Shown here: one piece after another, positions 46,200-56,083 of the stretch
Numbering within the stretch: the first letter of the stretch is position 1
Layout of the letters: every line of letters begins with the position of its first letter
Origin: Vicinamibacterales bacterium
GTDB lineage: Bacteria; Acidobacteriota; Vicinamibacteria; Vicinamibacterales; SCN-69-37
DNA length: 64,000 nucleotides
Direction: 5' to 3'
Assembly: GCA_038319675.1 (NCBI GenBank)
Contig: JBBQDM010000002.1
Span: forward strand, 273,562-337,561
Translations under genes and position numbers: made by a program
The notes under the pieces: model-generated
The model's database searches: none
Told to the model about the DNA's origin: nothing
What the model saw: the letters and a program-made list of their open reading frames with translations, nothing else

Positions 46200-48146
46200 T
46201 TATCGCGGCGCGGCGATCAGCGAGTCACGGCGTTCAGCCTGCGTCAGACGATCGAGCGTGGATGGCCATCGGGTCAACGGCTCTGTCAACGCGCGCGCGA
46301 CGGCTGTGCCCGGGAATTGATCGGCAACCGACCGCAACAACGCCCGCGCGCGTTGTTCTTCTCCGGCATCCCGATCGAACAGCGCCAGCACCACGTTAAT
46401 GAGTGGATGTGCGCGCGTCGCTGCCGGCAGCGACCGCAGTAACATCTCGGCGTCCGAGGCACGTCCGACCCGACGCAGAGACTCAAGGTGCCACGCCGCG
46501 GCCTCACCGTCAGGCGCCAGGTGCACGCGCCGGGCCGACAACGCCAGCGCTACGTCCAGACGTCCCAGTTGGGTGGCCCGCACGACCTGATCGAGCAACG
46601 CATCGAGATACACGGTGGCGTACGGCCCCCCTGTACCGGTGAGACTGCGTCCAAGAAAGCCCACGCGTGGACGAGGGGCGATCTGCCGGGCCACCGCCGG
46701 TGGCCATCCCGTCGTCAGCGTGATGTCGCGGCGATCGGCGCTCCAGGGCGGCGACCGGAGCGCGTCACTCAGCGCACGATCGTCGAGGTGGGACACCCGC
46801 CAGAACCAGGCGTACACCTGCCAGGGGTTGGCGCTGGGCACCACGTCCAGGATCTCGAACGGCACCACGGTGGGAGCGCCGGTGACCGTCTGACCTGTGG
46901 CGTAATACGGGAAGCGCGGCCGAACCGCCGGCGAGATTTCCGGCCACGGCAGATTCATGACATACGTGGCGACCGGCGTTGGGTGCTGCACCAGGGGCAT
47001 GACGTTCGCGGCCGTGCAGACCATCGTCACGCCCACAAGCCAGCCACGCGCGACCGGGGCCAGGACGGCGAACGCCGCCAGGAGCGGGATGGAGGAGACG
47101 ATCAGCCGTGGACCCCACCCTTCCATGCCATGCCACCCCCAATAGCCGGCGGCTATCGCCCACTGGGCGACCAGAACCAACGCCGCACCGAGCCACGCGC
47201 GTGCGGCTGGTGTGGCCAGCCAGGCTCCTCTCCAGCGCACGGCTGTCCACCCGAACAGGATCAGCGCCGGCCAGAACCACACCAATCCCCGATTGGGTCC
47301 AACGAGCAGGCGCCACGCACCGTCCATCCACGAATGCGTGAACCGATCGTCAGGATATCCACCGAAGAGGGCACCAAATCGTATCCACTCAAAGCCGGCC
47401 CACATGGCCAGCGGCACCGCAGCTCCGGCCCCCGCCCAGGTCAGCGCCTGCCACGTCCGTCGTCGCGCGCCCGGATCGATCAGGGGCAGCAGCACGGCCG
47501 GGGCCGCCACGATCAAACTGCTTTTGGCGAGGACGGCCAGTCCCACCGCCAGCCCCGCCACACACGCAGGTCCGCGCCAGTCGTCGGTCGCTCGGGCCGC
47601 ACTCACGGCAGCCAGTAGTCCGACCGCCAGTGCCGCCGCCTGCACGGGTTCCGAAAACTCGAGCGTGGCATACGACCCCAGGGGCGAGGCGATCGAGGCC
47701 AGCAGCACGGCACAGACCACGGCCGTGTCCCCAGCGCCGAGGTGACGTGCCAGTCGGCCCGCCGCCGCAGCCGCCAAGCCGACGGCGAGCCACGGCACCA
47801 GGAGAAACAAGGCCTGCGAACTCCCCGGTCCCCGCGATGCCTCGACGTACGGCGCGATCCACGCCGCCGGCATCTGCAGAAGGCTCGTTGCCATGCCGAA
47901 ACGTGACACGGCATCGCCACCGGCCCTGGGCAGCGAAAAATCACGTCCGGTCGCCTGGCCGATCTCGCCGGTCTCAGTCAGCGCCACCGCTGTTCGAATC
48001 ATCTGCCGGCCGTCGGCGATGAGCCCGACATGACGGTCATCCCCCGTCGCGGCGAGTGCCAGCAGCACTCCCAGGACGGCGACACGCAACACCACGTCCT
48101 TCCGTCGCCGGACGCCCCGGGGTTCACGGGTAAGATGATGCGACAC
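46200..48146 (-). CDS. GT-C-type (ArnT/PMT-like) membrane glycosyltransferase with C-terminal TPR-like domain
   Basis: About 11 TM helices in the first ~420 aa, as in polyprenyl-phosphate-sugar-dependent transferases. Helical-repeat soluble C-terminus. Confidence 0.6.
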   Translation of the reverse strand: MSHHLTREPRGVRRRKDVVLRVAVLGVLLALAATGDDRHVGLIADGRQMIRTAVALTETGEIGQATGRDFSLPRAGGDAVSRFGMATSLLQMPAAWIAPYVEASRGPGSSQALFLLVPWLAVGLAAAAAGRLARHLGAGDTAVVCAVLLASIASPLGSYATLEFSEPVQAAALAVGLLAAVSAARATDDWRGPACVAGLAVGLAVLAKSSLIVAAPAVLLPLIDPGARRRTWQALTWAGAGAAVPLAMWAGFEWIRFGALFGGYPDDRFTHSWMDGAWRLLVGPNRGLVWFWPALILFGWTAVRWRGAWLATPAARAWLGAALVLVAQWAIAAGYWGWHGMEGWGPRLIVSSIPLLAAFAVLAPVARGWLVGVTMVCTAANVMPLVQHPTPVATYVMNLPWPEISPAVRPRFPYYATGQTVTGAPTVVPFEILDVVPSANPWQVYAWFWRVSHLDDRALSDALRSPPWSADRRDITLTTGWPPAVARQIAPRPRVGFLGRSLTGTGGPYATVYLDALLDQVVRATQLGRLDVALALSARRVHLAPDGEAAAWHLESLRRVGRASDAEMLLRSLPAATRAHPLINVVLALFDRDAGEEQRARALLRSVADQFPGTAVARALTEPLTRWPSTLDRLTQAERRDSLIAAPR

Positions 48147-48170
48147 GGCTGATCATACCGTTCGATCCTG

Positions 48171-48926
48171 ATGCTTCACGGTCATAAAATTGTCGTCGTC
48201 ATGCCCGCCTACAACGCGGCGCGCACGCTGGAGGCCACCTACCGGGAGGTGATGGCGCAAGGGGTTGTCGACCGCGTGATCGTGGTCGACGACGGGAGTG
48301 GCGACGAGACCGCGGCGATTGCTCGGCGCCTCGCGCACGTCGATCTCGTGGTTCACCCGAGCAATCGGGGCTACGGGGCCAATCAGAAGACGTGTTACCG
48401 GGCGGCACTGGCGGCCGGAGCCGATATCATCATCATGGTCCATCCGGACTACCAATACACGCCGAAGCTCATTCCGGCGATGGCCTCGTTGATCGCCAGC
48501 GGGCTCTACACGTGCGTCCTGGGATCACGAATTCTCGGTGGTCGTGCGGTTCAGAACGGCATGCCATGGTGGAGGTACGTCGCCAACCGCGGACTCACCC
48601 TTTGGTCGAATCTGCTGATGTCAGCCAAGTTGTCGGAGTACCACACCGGCTACCGTGCGTTCTCCCGAGACCTGCTGACGTCCCTGCCGTTCGACACGAA
48701 CTCCGACGACTTCGTGTTCGACAATCAGCTGCTGGCCCAGATCCTCTGGCGCGGCGACACGATCGCCGAAGTGAGCTGCCCGACGCGCTACTTCAAGGAC
48801 GCGTCGTCAATCAACTTCGCGCGCAGTGTCGTGTATGGCGTCGGCTGCGTGGTGACCGCCGTGGTGTTCCGCCTGGCCCGGGTCGGACTCGTTCGGTCTC
48901 GGCTGTTTGGAAAAGGGCCCGATTGA
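48171..48926 (+). CDS. GT2-family glycosyltransferase (polyprenyl-phosphate sugar synthase-like)
   Basis: VVMPAYNAARTL, VDDGSGDET and HPDYQY motifs, with a C-terminal amphipathic/TM segment. Confidence 0.8.
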   Translation: MLHGHKIVVVMPAYNAARTLEATYREVMAQGVVDRVIVVDDGSGDETAAIARRLAHVDLVVHPSNRGYGANQKTCYRAALAAGADIIIMVHPDYQYTPKLIPAMASLIASGLYTCVLGSRILGGRAVQNGMPWWRYVANRGLTLWSNLLMSAKLSEYHTGYRAFSRDLLTSLPFDTNSDDFVFDNQLLAQILWRGDTIAEVSCPTRYFKDASSINFARSVVYGVGCVVTAVVFRLARVGLVRSRLFGKGPD

Positions 48927-48944
48927 GCCGTCGCGGCGCAACTC

Positions 48945-49364
48945 TCAGGCGCCGATGATTTTGACCAACACCCGTTTGCGACGACGACCGTCGAACTCCC
49001 CGTAGAAAATTTGCTCCCACGGACCGAAGTCGAGCGCGCCAAGGGTAATGGCGACCACCACCTCACGGCCCATGATCTGCCGTTTCAGGTGAGCGTCGGC
49101 GTTGTCTTCGCCCGTGCGGTTGTGCAGGTACTGTGACGTCGGCTCGTGCGGCGCCAACTGTTCGAGCCACGCGTCGTAGTCCTTGTGCAGGCCGCGCTCA
49201 TCGTCATTGATAAACACCGACGCGGTGATGTGCATCGCGTTGACGAGCACGAGGCCCTCGGTCACACCGCTCTCGCGCAGGCACGCCTCGACGTCGGGCG
49301 TGATGTTCACGAACGCCCGCCGGGTGGCGACCTCGAACCACAGTTCCTTGCGATAGGACTTCAT
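48945..49364 (-). CDS. YjbQ/UPF0047-family protein (secondary thiamine-phosphate synthase type)
   Basis: 139 aa. [20 protein letters not shown] and NADAHLK motifs characteristic of YjbQ. Confidence 0.85.
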   Translation of the reverse strand: MKSYRKELWFEVATRRAFVNITPDVEACLRESGVTEGLVLVNAMHITASVFINDDERGLHKDYDAWLEQLAPHEPTSQYLHNRTGEDNADAHLKRQIMGREVVVAITLGALDFGPWEQIFYGEFDGRRRKRVLVKIIGA

Positions 49365-49410
49365 GGAGCCCCATCATCGCATGGGCGTTGCCGCAGCAGG
49401 TGACGAGCCC

Positions 49411-49734
49411 TTACATGTCGATGATGATCATGGGGTCGGAATTGCCCCGTGCCTTCTTGCCGCTCTTGAGCATCACGATCTGGTAGTCATGCGGGCCCGG
49501 CGTCGCCTCCTTGCTGACCACCCGGCCCTGGTGGGGGTTGCCGGCGGACTTCCGTTTGACAATCTCCCCCACCTCACCGGAAAAGAGCGACGGCTCGGAG
49601 ACCACCCACGCGAGATCCTCCCCGGTGTGATTGACGATGCGCAGTGTGTCGCCGGGGACCAGCTCCACCATGGGCGGCAGGACGCGAAACCTGCCCTTCA
49701 GATCGACGACGTGGACTTTCTTGATTGCAGTCAT
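49411..49734 (-). CDS. small hypothetical protein, cupredoxin-like pattern without Cu ligands
   Basis: Trimmed to ATG 49734, which has an AAGGAG RBS 8 nt upstream. It lies 22 nt downstream of the kinase gene. The pattern VELVPGDTLRIVNHTGEDL...HDYQIVM...DPMIIID is reminiscent of a cupredoxin fold. Confidence 0.55.
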   Translation of the reverse strand: MTAIKKVHVVDLKGRFRVLPPMVELVPGDTLRIVNHTGEDLAWVVSEPSLFSGEVGEIVKRKSAGNPHQGRVVSKEATPGPHDYQIVMLKSGKKARGNSDPMIIIDM

Positions 49735-49756
49735 GTGAGTCTCCTTCATGCGCTGG

Positions 49757-52348
49757 TTATTTGACGAGACGCGGGTACGCGTCATCCTTGCGAAGCTCGG
49801 CAAGAAACGGCGACCGTTCCACCTGGTCGCGGGAGTACCCGGCGTCCAGCGCCTGCTCCAACCACGTCAGGGCCTGCGTACGATCGCCGAGCTGTTCGTA
49901 CACCCCGGCCACCAGGTACAGCACCTCGCTGTGACCAGGGTCCAGGCGTTCGAGCGTTGCCAGCGTCTCGCGCGCCTCGCGGGCGCGCCCGAGTTGCGCG
50001 TAGGCGTCGGCGAGCTGCCCGAGTAACCGGGCGTCCCCCGGTTTCTCTGCGCGCGCCTGCTCGACCAGCGTGACCACCTGTTGATACGCGTCCCGGGCCT
50101 TCGCGCGTTCGCCTGGCGCCCAGAACAACGCGGCGCCCAGATTGCGCCACACCTCCGGGTCCGAGGCGTTGAGTATCGCCGCCTGTTCGTACGCGCGGGC
50201 GGCGTCCGCGTAGCGACCCTGGCTGTACGCGTAGTACCCGAGGTTCGATGCCGCCGGATACGTCGGCCGAATCTGCAGCGAGTTGTGAAACATGGCCGCC
50301 GCCTCTTCAATCCGCCGCAGCGCCAGCAGCGCCGCTCCCAGATTGTTGAGCGCGCGCGTGTTGTCGGGTGTCAGGTGCAGCGCGTGCCGGCACCGGGTCT
50401 CCGCCGTCGCCCACTCTGCCCGCACCAAATGGAACCGGCAGACGGCGCTGTAGATCTGGGGATCGTCCGGCCTCGCCTGCAGCGCCGCGGCGTACGCTGC
50501 CTCGGCATCGCTCCACTGCCTCGTGGCTTCGTAGGTGGCGGCGAGTTCCTGGTAACCCTCGGCGGCGGCCGGATCGAGCGCGATCGCGCGCTTCGCGGAT
50601 TCCTGTGCCTCTTCGTAGCGCCGCTGGCCCCGGGCGATGCGGGCGAGCGTGACGTGAACTGGAGCGAACTGCTCGTCGATCTGCAACGCCGTCCGGCAGC
50701 TGGCCCGTGCGAGGAGGACCGCCGGCTCGTCGCCTCCGGATCCGGATTGTCGCCAGTACGCGTCGCACAGCGCCGTGTGCGCGGCCGTAAACCGCGGGTC
50801 GGCCTTCACCGCGGCGCTGAGCGCCCCAATCGCGAGATCCAGGTGATCGTTCGCCGAGCCGTGCAGATACCCACGGCCCAGAACGTACGGAAGGTATGCG
50901 GTCGAGACGGTGGTGCCTTCCGCGGTGAGCGCGGCCCGCGCGGCCGAGCCGGGTGCCAGGTCCAGCACCGCGGCCGCCGCTGTCACCAGCCCGTCCCGCA
51001 TGGCGGCTTCCTCGCCGGCCGCCACATCGATGGTCTGGGCGCGGCCTCCTGGTGCCTCGCCTCGCTGCAGGGTGATGCGGCGCCCCGACCCGGTGTCGTG
51101 CACGCCGCCGGTGAGTGTCACGGTGGCACCCACGGACCGGCGCGCCGCGTCGGCGCTGACGATCGCGGACGCCATCTCACGCTGCAACGCCGCCTGCGAC
51201 ACGACGCGCAGCGTGGGATCGAACCGCTGCAACACGGCCAGATCGGCCGTCAATGTCTCAACGAGCCCGTCGCAGTACGCGCGATCGACGCCGGCCGTGC
51301 CTGGACAGGTGAACGGCAGGACCACGACACGGCGAATCGCCGCGGCATCGGGCGCGGCCGGTGCCACACTTTTCCACGAGACGTACGCGAGGACCGCCAG
51401 CCCTCCGAGCGCTGCGACCAGGACCGCCGCGGTCCGCCGCCGGCCGGCGAGGAACCGCCCCGGGCCCAACGCGGGCAACCGCCCGCGCTCGCCGAACCCG
51501 TCGCGTACCTCCCGGAGGTCGCGCGCCAGATCGCGCGTCGACCCGTATCGATCCTCCGGGCGCTTGGCGAGACAGCGGTCAATGATGGTCACCAGCCGAG
51601 GAGGGGCCTGTGGACAGGACTCGAGAATCGATGCCGGCGCGTCCTCCATGATCGCGGCCAGCGTCTGGATGTCCGTGTCGCGTTTGAACGCGCGACGGCC
51701 CGTGAGCATCTCGTACATCACGGTCCCGAGCGCGAACTGGTCCGCGCAAAACGTGACCTCGGCCCCTGACACCTGTTCCGGCGCCATGTACCCGACGCTG
51801 CCGAGCACAGTGTGGGCGGCCGTGAGCTCCCGCCGGGTCGTGGTCTCGGCGTCAGGCCCGGCCGCCGTGTGCGTCAGCTTGCTCAGACCGAAGTCGACGA
51901 TCTTGGCGCGGCGATCGCCGGTGAGGCAGATGTTTTTCGGCTTGAGGTCGCGATGGACAATCCCGGCCTCATGCGCGGCGACGAGGCCGTCGGCCACCTG
52001 ACAGGCGAGGTCGACAGCGTCCTCCATGCGCAACGGCCCGGCCTCCAGCCGCGCCGACAGCGACTGTCCCTCGACCAGCTCCATCACGATGAACGGCCGA
52101 CCCTCGATCCGTCCGACATCGTGGAGGCTGACGATGGCCGGGTGATTCAGAGAGGAGGCCAACCGTGCCTCGCGCTCGAAGCGCTCGGCCGCCGCCGGAT
52201 CGGCGTGCAGGTCTGCCGACACGATCTTGAGGGCCACCAGCCGGCCAAGCCGCGTGTCACGCGCCCGGTAGACCTCTCCCATCCCGCCCTGACCCAGCGG
52301 TCCGAGGATTTCGTACGCGCCGACGATGCGACCCGGTTCCAGGAGCAT
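49757..52348 (-). CDS. Ser/Thr protein kinase with TM segment and extracytoplasmic TPR domain
   Basis: GQGGMGEVYRA, HRDLKPKN and DFGLSK motifs, one TM helix, and more than 8 TPR-like repeats. Confidence 0.9.
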   Translation of the reverse strand: MLLEPGRIVGAYEILGPLGQGGMGEVYRARDTRLGRLVALKIVSADLHADPAAAERFEREARLASSLNHPAIVSLHDVGRIEGRPFIVMELVEGQSLSARLEAGPLRMEDAVDLACQVADGLVAAHEAGIVHRDLKPKNICLTGDRRAKIVDFGLSKLTHTAAGPDAETTTRRELTAAHTVLGSVGYMAPEQVSGAEVTFCADQFALGTVMYEMLTGRRAFKRDTDIQTLAAIMEDAPASILESCPQAPPRLVTIIDRCLAKRPEDRYGSTRDLARDLREVRDGFGERGRLPALGPGRFLAGRRRTAAVLVAALGGLAVLAYVSWKSVAPAAPDAAAIRRVVVLPFTCPGTAGVDRAYCDGLVETLTADLAVLQRFDPTLRVVSQAALQREMASAIVSADAARRSVGATVTLTGGVHDTGSGRRITLQRGEAPGGRAQTIDVAAGEEAAMRDGLVTAAAAVLDLAPGSAARAALTAEGTTVSTAYLPYVLGRGYLHGSANDHLDLAIGALSAAVKADPRFTAAHTALCDAYWRQSGSGGDEPAVLLARASCRTALQIDEQFAPVHVTLARIARGQRRYEEAQESAKRAIALDPAAAEGYQELAATYEATRQWSDAEAAYAAALQARPDDPQIYSAVCRFHLVRAEWATAETRCRHALHLTPDNTRALNNLGAALLALRRIEEAAAMFHNSLQIRPTYPAASNLGYYAYSQGRYADAARAYEQAAILNASDPEVWRNLGAALFWAPGERAKARDAYQQVVTLVEQARAEKPGDARLLGQLADAYAQLGRAREARETLATLERLDPGHSEVLYLVAGVYEQLGDRTQALTWLEQALDAGYSRDQVERSPFLAELRKDDAYPRLVK

Positions 52349-52497
52349 GGCGAGATACGCGGAGGATACACCAAGGCCCGCTCATCCGGTGCCGCGGAGC
52401 ACGAAGTGGTTCGAGCCTCTGCCGCGCGCGAGAGGCGGTATCCCAGGTTTGCAGTGGGCGCTATAATGGGCGTCCTCCCCACAACACGAGGTCCCTC

Positions 52498-54117
52498 ATG
52501 TGCCACCCACGTCGAGTCAGCGTTTTGTTCTGTTTCGCATTGGCTGCCGCGCCATTGGCGCAGCAACACCAGCACCCCGTCGGCGACCGCCTCGGCACCG
52601 TGAACTTCGAGACGTCGTGTGCCGCATCCGCCGCTGATCCGTTCAACCGCGCGATGGCCCTGTTGCACTCGTTCGAATTTGGACCCGCCATTGAGGGATT
52701 TCACGCCACGCTCACGACGGATCCCGGTTGCGCCATGGCTCATTGGGGCATCGCCATCGCGCGGTGGAGTAATCCCTTCGCGGCGAACATTCGACCTCCC
52801 GCGCAGCTGAAGCAGGGGATGGACGCCATTGCGCTGGCGAGAACCACGGGAACGCCCACCGCGCGCGAGCGCGCCTACATTGAGGCCGCTGCGACGCTGT
52901 ACGTGGACTCGGACACACTCGACCAACGGACGCGCGTGCTGGAATACGAACGTGCCATGGCCTCACTGGCTGCCGCGTATCCCGACGACCGCGAGGCCGC
53001 GATCTTCTGGGCGCTGTCGCTGACGACGGCTGCCCTGCCGACGGACAAGACGTACGCCAATCAATTAAGAGCGGGCGCGATCCTTGAAAGCCTGTTTCCG
53101 GGCCAGACCGATCATCCCGGCATCACGCACTACATCATCCACAGCTACGATGTGCCCGCACTCGCGCCGAAGGCGGCCGCGGCCGCAAAGCGCTACGCGG
53201 CGATTGCCCCCGCCGCGCCTCACGCGCTCCATATGCCCTCGCACACCTTCACGCGGGTGGGCGCCTGGCAGGATTCCATTGATACGAACATCGCCTCCGC
53301 CGACGCGGCTCGAAAGGCCGGCGCGCTCGCAGAAGAACTGCACGCCATGGACTACATGGCCTACGCCTATCTGCAGACCGGTCAGGACACCGCCGCACAG
53401 GCGGTGATGGCACGTGTGCCGGAGATCGCCACCGTCTTTGATCCCACGGTGGTCGCGGGAGCCGCGCCGGGCTCGGCCGGTGTCTTTGCGATCGCGGCCA
53501 TCCCCGCGCGCTGGGTGCTCGAACGCCGTGACTGGACCGCCGCCGCACGGCTTGAGCCTGTCGTCAGCCGGTTCCCGTACACGGAGGCGATGACACACTT
53601 CGCACGCGCCCTCGGTGCCTCGCACACCGGCGCGCTGACCGAGGCCAGGACCTCGATCGCGGCCCTTCAGGACATTCACACACGACTGGTCGAGGCCGGT
53701 GAGGCGTACTGGGCGGAACAGGTGGCGATCCAGCGCGAGGGCGCCACTGCGTTTCTGGCGCTCGCCGAAGGCCGCACGGCAGAGGCCGTGGCCACGATGC
53801 GTGCGGCCGCGGATCGAGAAGACGCGACAGAAAAAAGTGCCGTGACACCAGGGCCAATCACTCCGGCCCGTGAACTGCTCGGTGACATGTTGCTCGGTCT
53901 GAAAGACTACACGGGCGCGCTGGCGGCATTTCAGTCCACGCTCACGAAGGAACCGAACCGCTTCCGTGCGGTCTATGGCGCAGCGAGAGCCGCGAGGCTC
54001 AACGGCAACACAGCTGCCGCGCGTACGCACTACGCCGAGCTCGTGACGATCTGCGCGCGCGCCGACACACCGGCGCGCAAGGAACTCGCGGAGGCCCGGA
54101 CGTTCCTGGGGCGCTGA
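52498..54117 (+). CDS. secreted TPR-like protein with conserved His motifs, function unknown
   Basis: Signal peptide, HYIIHSYD and HALHMPSHTF motifs, and C-terminal TPR-like repeats. A TATAAT box at 52462-52467 lies upstream. Confidence 0.6.
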   Translation: MCHPRRVSVLFCFALAAAPLAQQHQHPVGDRLGTVNFETSCAASAADPFNRAMALLHSFEFGPAIEGFHATLTTDPGCAMAHWGIAIARWSNPFAANIRPPAQLKQGMDAIALARTTGTPTARERAYIEAAATLYVDSDTLDQRTRVLEYERAMASLAAAYPDDREAAIFWALSLTTAALPTDKTYANQLRAGAILESLFPGQTDHPGITHYIIHSYDVPALAPKAAAAAKRYAAIAPAAPHALHMPSHTFTRVGAWQDSIDTNIASADAARKAGALAEELHAMDYMAYAYLQTGQDTAAQAVMARVPEIATVFDPTVVAGAAPGSAGVFAIAAIPARWVLERRDWTAAARLEPVVSRFPYTEAMTHFARALGASHTGALTEARTSIAALQDIHTRLVEAGEAYWAEQVAIQREGATAFLALAEGRTAEAVATMRAAADREDATEKSAVTPGPITPARELLGDMLLGLKDYTGALAAFQSTLTKEPNRFRAVYGAARAARLNGNTAAARTHYAELVTICARADTPARKELAEARTFLGR

Positions 54118-54218
54118 CGGTCAGGGCCCGTCGACCGACGAGCAGGGCCCCGGAATGACCCGCGCCGGCCCCCGGAACTTCGTATAATGCGCGCAGATTC
54201 CTGAGCCAGGAGGCCCGT

Positions 54219-54641
54219 ATGACCCGAGCGGAGATCGAAGCGTTCTTCAGTGAGCGGCAGCAGGCTTGGGCCCGCCGGGATCCCGACGGGCTCGCGGTCG
54301 GACATGCCGACGATGGGGTGATCCACAGTCCGATGTTCGGACACCGCCAGGGCCGACAGGCCATCCGCGAGTCGTATCGTGCGTTGTTCGACGTCTTCCC
54401 TGACTGGGACTATCAGGGAGAAGATCTGCTGATCGACGGCGACCGCGTGGCCCAGCGCTTTGGGGTCAGCGCGACGCACGTCGGCACGTTCATGGGGCAC
54501 GCGGGCACCAACCGCCAGTTCCGGATCCAGGGCGCACGGTTCTTCGAGATGTCCAACGGCCTGGTGCAGACCGAGCGACGCATCTATGACTTCACCAGCC
54601 TGCTGATCCAAATCGGCGTGCTCAAGGGCAAACCGGCGTAA
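54219..54641 (+). CDS. SnoaL-like / ester cyclase NTF2-fold protein
   Basis: 140 aa with the pattern typical of SnoaL-like polyketide-cyclase family proteins. CAGGAGG RBS, with a TATAAT at 54183-54188. Confidence 0.65.
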   Translation: MTRAEIEAFFSERQQAWARRDPDGLAVGHADDGVIHSPMFGHRQGRQAIRESYRALFDVFPDWDYQGEDLLIDGDRVAQRFGVSATHVGTFMGHAGTNRQFRIQGARFFEMSNGLVQTERRIYDFTSLLIQIGVLKGKPA

Positions 54642-54700
54642 CCGGTCACGGACGAATCCGCGCCACCTCGCGCGTAACCTTCGTCCACTATGATGGGGCC

Positions 54701-55201
54701 GTGCCTCTCCCTCTGATTCGCGCGCTCGGCCTCGCCGGGTCGCTCCTCTACGCCGCCTTCATCGTGTGGCTCTATGCCACGGGGCCGGCGACGATGGCGG
54801 AGGTGACGGGCGGCGTGGCGGCGGGCGTGAACGCCTATCGCGCCGACGAGGTGAGTTTTCAGGAAGGACTCGTCCTGTTTCGCGCCGACAGTTTCGAGGC
54901 TGCGCGCACGGCGTTTGCTCGTGCCGATCCGGCGAGACGCGACGCGCAGGTGCAGTTCTACGTCGCTTACAGCTATTACCGGCAGGGCTGGGGCCGCCTG
55001 TGGAATGACGATGCGTTGTTCACGAAGGGTCTTGAGGCACTCGACCGTGCGGTGGCAGTCGCCCCCTCCGGCCGTGTCGTCGTCGCTGACGACACTCTCG
55101 GGATCACGACGTCCGACGAACTGCGAGCCGAGCTTGAAGACGGCATCCGGCGCGACGCCTCCGACTACAACCCGCTGCGCGTGATGAGGAAACGCAAGTG
55201 A
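54701..55201 (+). CDS. membrane-anchored TPR-like protein
   Basis: GTG start, an N-terminal TM helix (LAGSLLYAAFIVWLYA), then a helical-repeat region. A TATGAT box 6 nt upstream suggests a leaderless mRNA. Confidence 0.5.
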   Translation: MPLPLIRALGLAGSLLYAAFIVWLYATGPATMAEVTGGVAAGVNAYRADEVSFQEGLVLFRADSFEAARTAFARADPARRDAQVQFYVAYSYYRQGWGRLWNDDALFTKGLEALDRAVAVAPSGRVVVADDTLGITTSDELRAELEDGIRRDASDYNPLRVMRKRK

Positions 55202-55881
55202 ACCGCGACGTGGTGCTGACGAGTGTCGTGTTGCCGTGGCTGTTGTTGACCGTGGCGCTGCTGGCTGGTGTGCGTGTGACGGACGCGGGGGAACTCCGAT
55301 TCCTGGTGCCGCCCCTTTCCTCCCTGATTGCGATGCTGCTGCTGATGGCGGTGCTCGTCCGGAGCGGCATCGTGCATCCGGGGCAGCTGATGGACGCTCA
55401 GCGAGGCGCGATCGAGAATCTGAATGGCCTGATGGTGCTGGTGGCGCTGGCCGCCGCCTCCGCGCAGGCGGTGTCGGCCGTCACGCCTGAGGCCGGTCTG
55501 CCGCTGGTGCTGGGCGTGATCTTCCTGTTCGCCCTGTTTGTGAATACACTCGCGGCCCGTCCGAATCGGCAACACGCTCTGCGCGCGCTGTTTGTCGCCT
55601 TCTTCGCGGCGTTCACCGTGAAGTTCATCGTGCTTGATGCGCTATATGCCCCTGACCGCAGTCTGGGCGGACGGTTGCTGACCGGGCTGCTCGAAGGGGT
55701 CACCCTCGGCACACTCGACCATGTCGTGTGGAGTGCGAGTACGGGCTACCTCACGTTTTTTGCGCTGGTGCTGTATTTCACGGCGCTGGCCCTGCTGCCG
55801 GGCTGTCCTGAACTGCACAGGGATGAGAGCCGTGCCGGGCGTATGCTGTCGGCCCATGGCACTCAAACCCTCCGCTCCTAA
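55198..55881 (+). CDS. polytopic membrane protein, function unknown
   Basis: 227 aa with about 6 TM helices. GTGA overlap with the upstream stop. Confidence 0.55.
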   Translation: MNRDVVLTSVVLPWLLLTVALLAGVRVTDAGELRFLVPPLSSLIAMLLLMAVLVRSGIVHPGQLMDAQRGAIENLNGLMVLVALAAASAQAVSAVTPEAGLPLVLGVIFLFALFVNTLAARPNRQHALRALFVAFFAAFTVKFIVLDALYAPDRSLGGRLLTGLLEGVTLGTLDHVVWSASTGYLTFFALVLYFTALALLPGCPELHRDESRAGRMLSAHGTQTLRS

Positions 55882-56032
55882 ACAGATCACCTGGATCATC
55901 TGCCTCGTGCTCTACGTCATCGCCGTGCTGGCTGCATTCGGCATTCTCCGCATCGACAGCCAGATCGCGATGTGGTCATGGATCCTCGGATTCGGCGTGC
56001 TGCTCGTGGCAGTGCAGGTGAAAGATCTCTGA
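55856..56032 (+). CDS. small 2-TM membrane protein (58 aa)
   Basis: An in-frame ATG within the track ORF 55721..56032. Two clear TM helices and GC3-rich codons. Confidence 0.45.
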   Translation: MALKPSAPKQITWIICLVLYVIAVLAAFGILRIDSQIAMWSWILGFGVLLVAVQVKDL

Positions 56033-56083
56033 GCGACACACGGATCCACACAAAATCTGGTCTAATCGGCCGCGGAGGTACAT

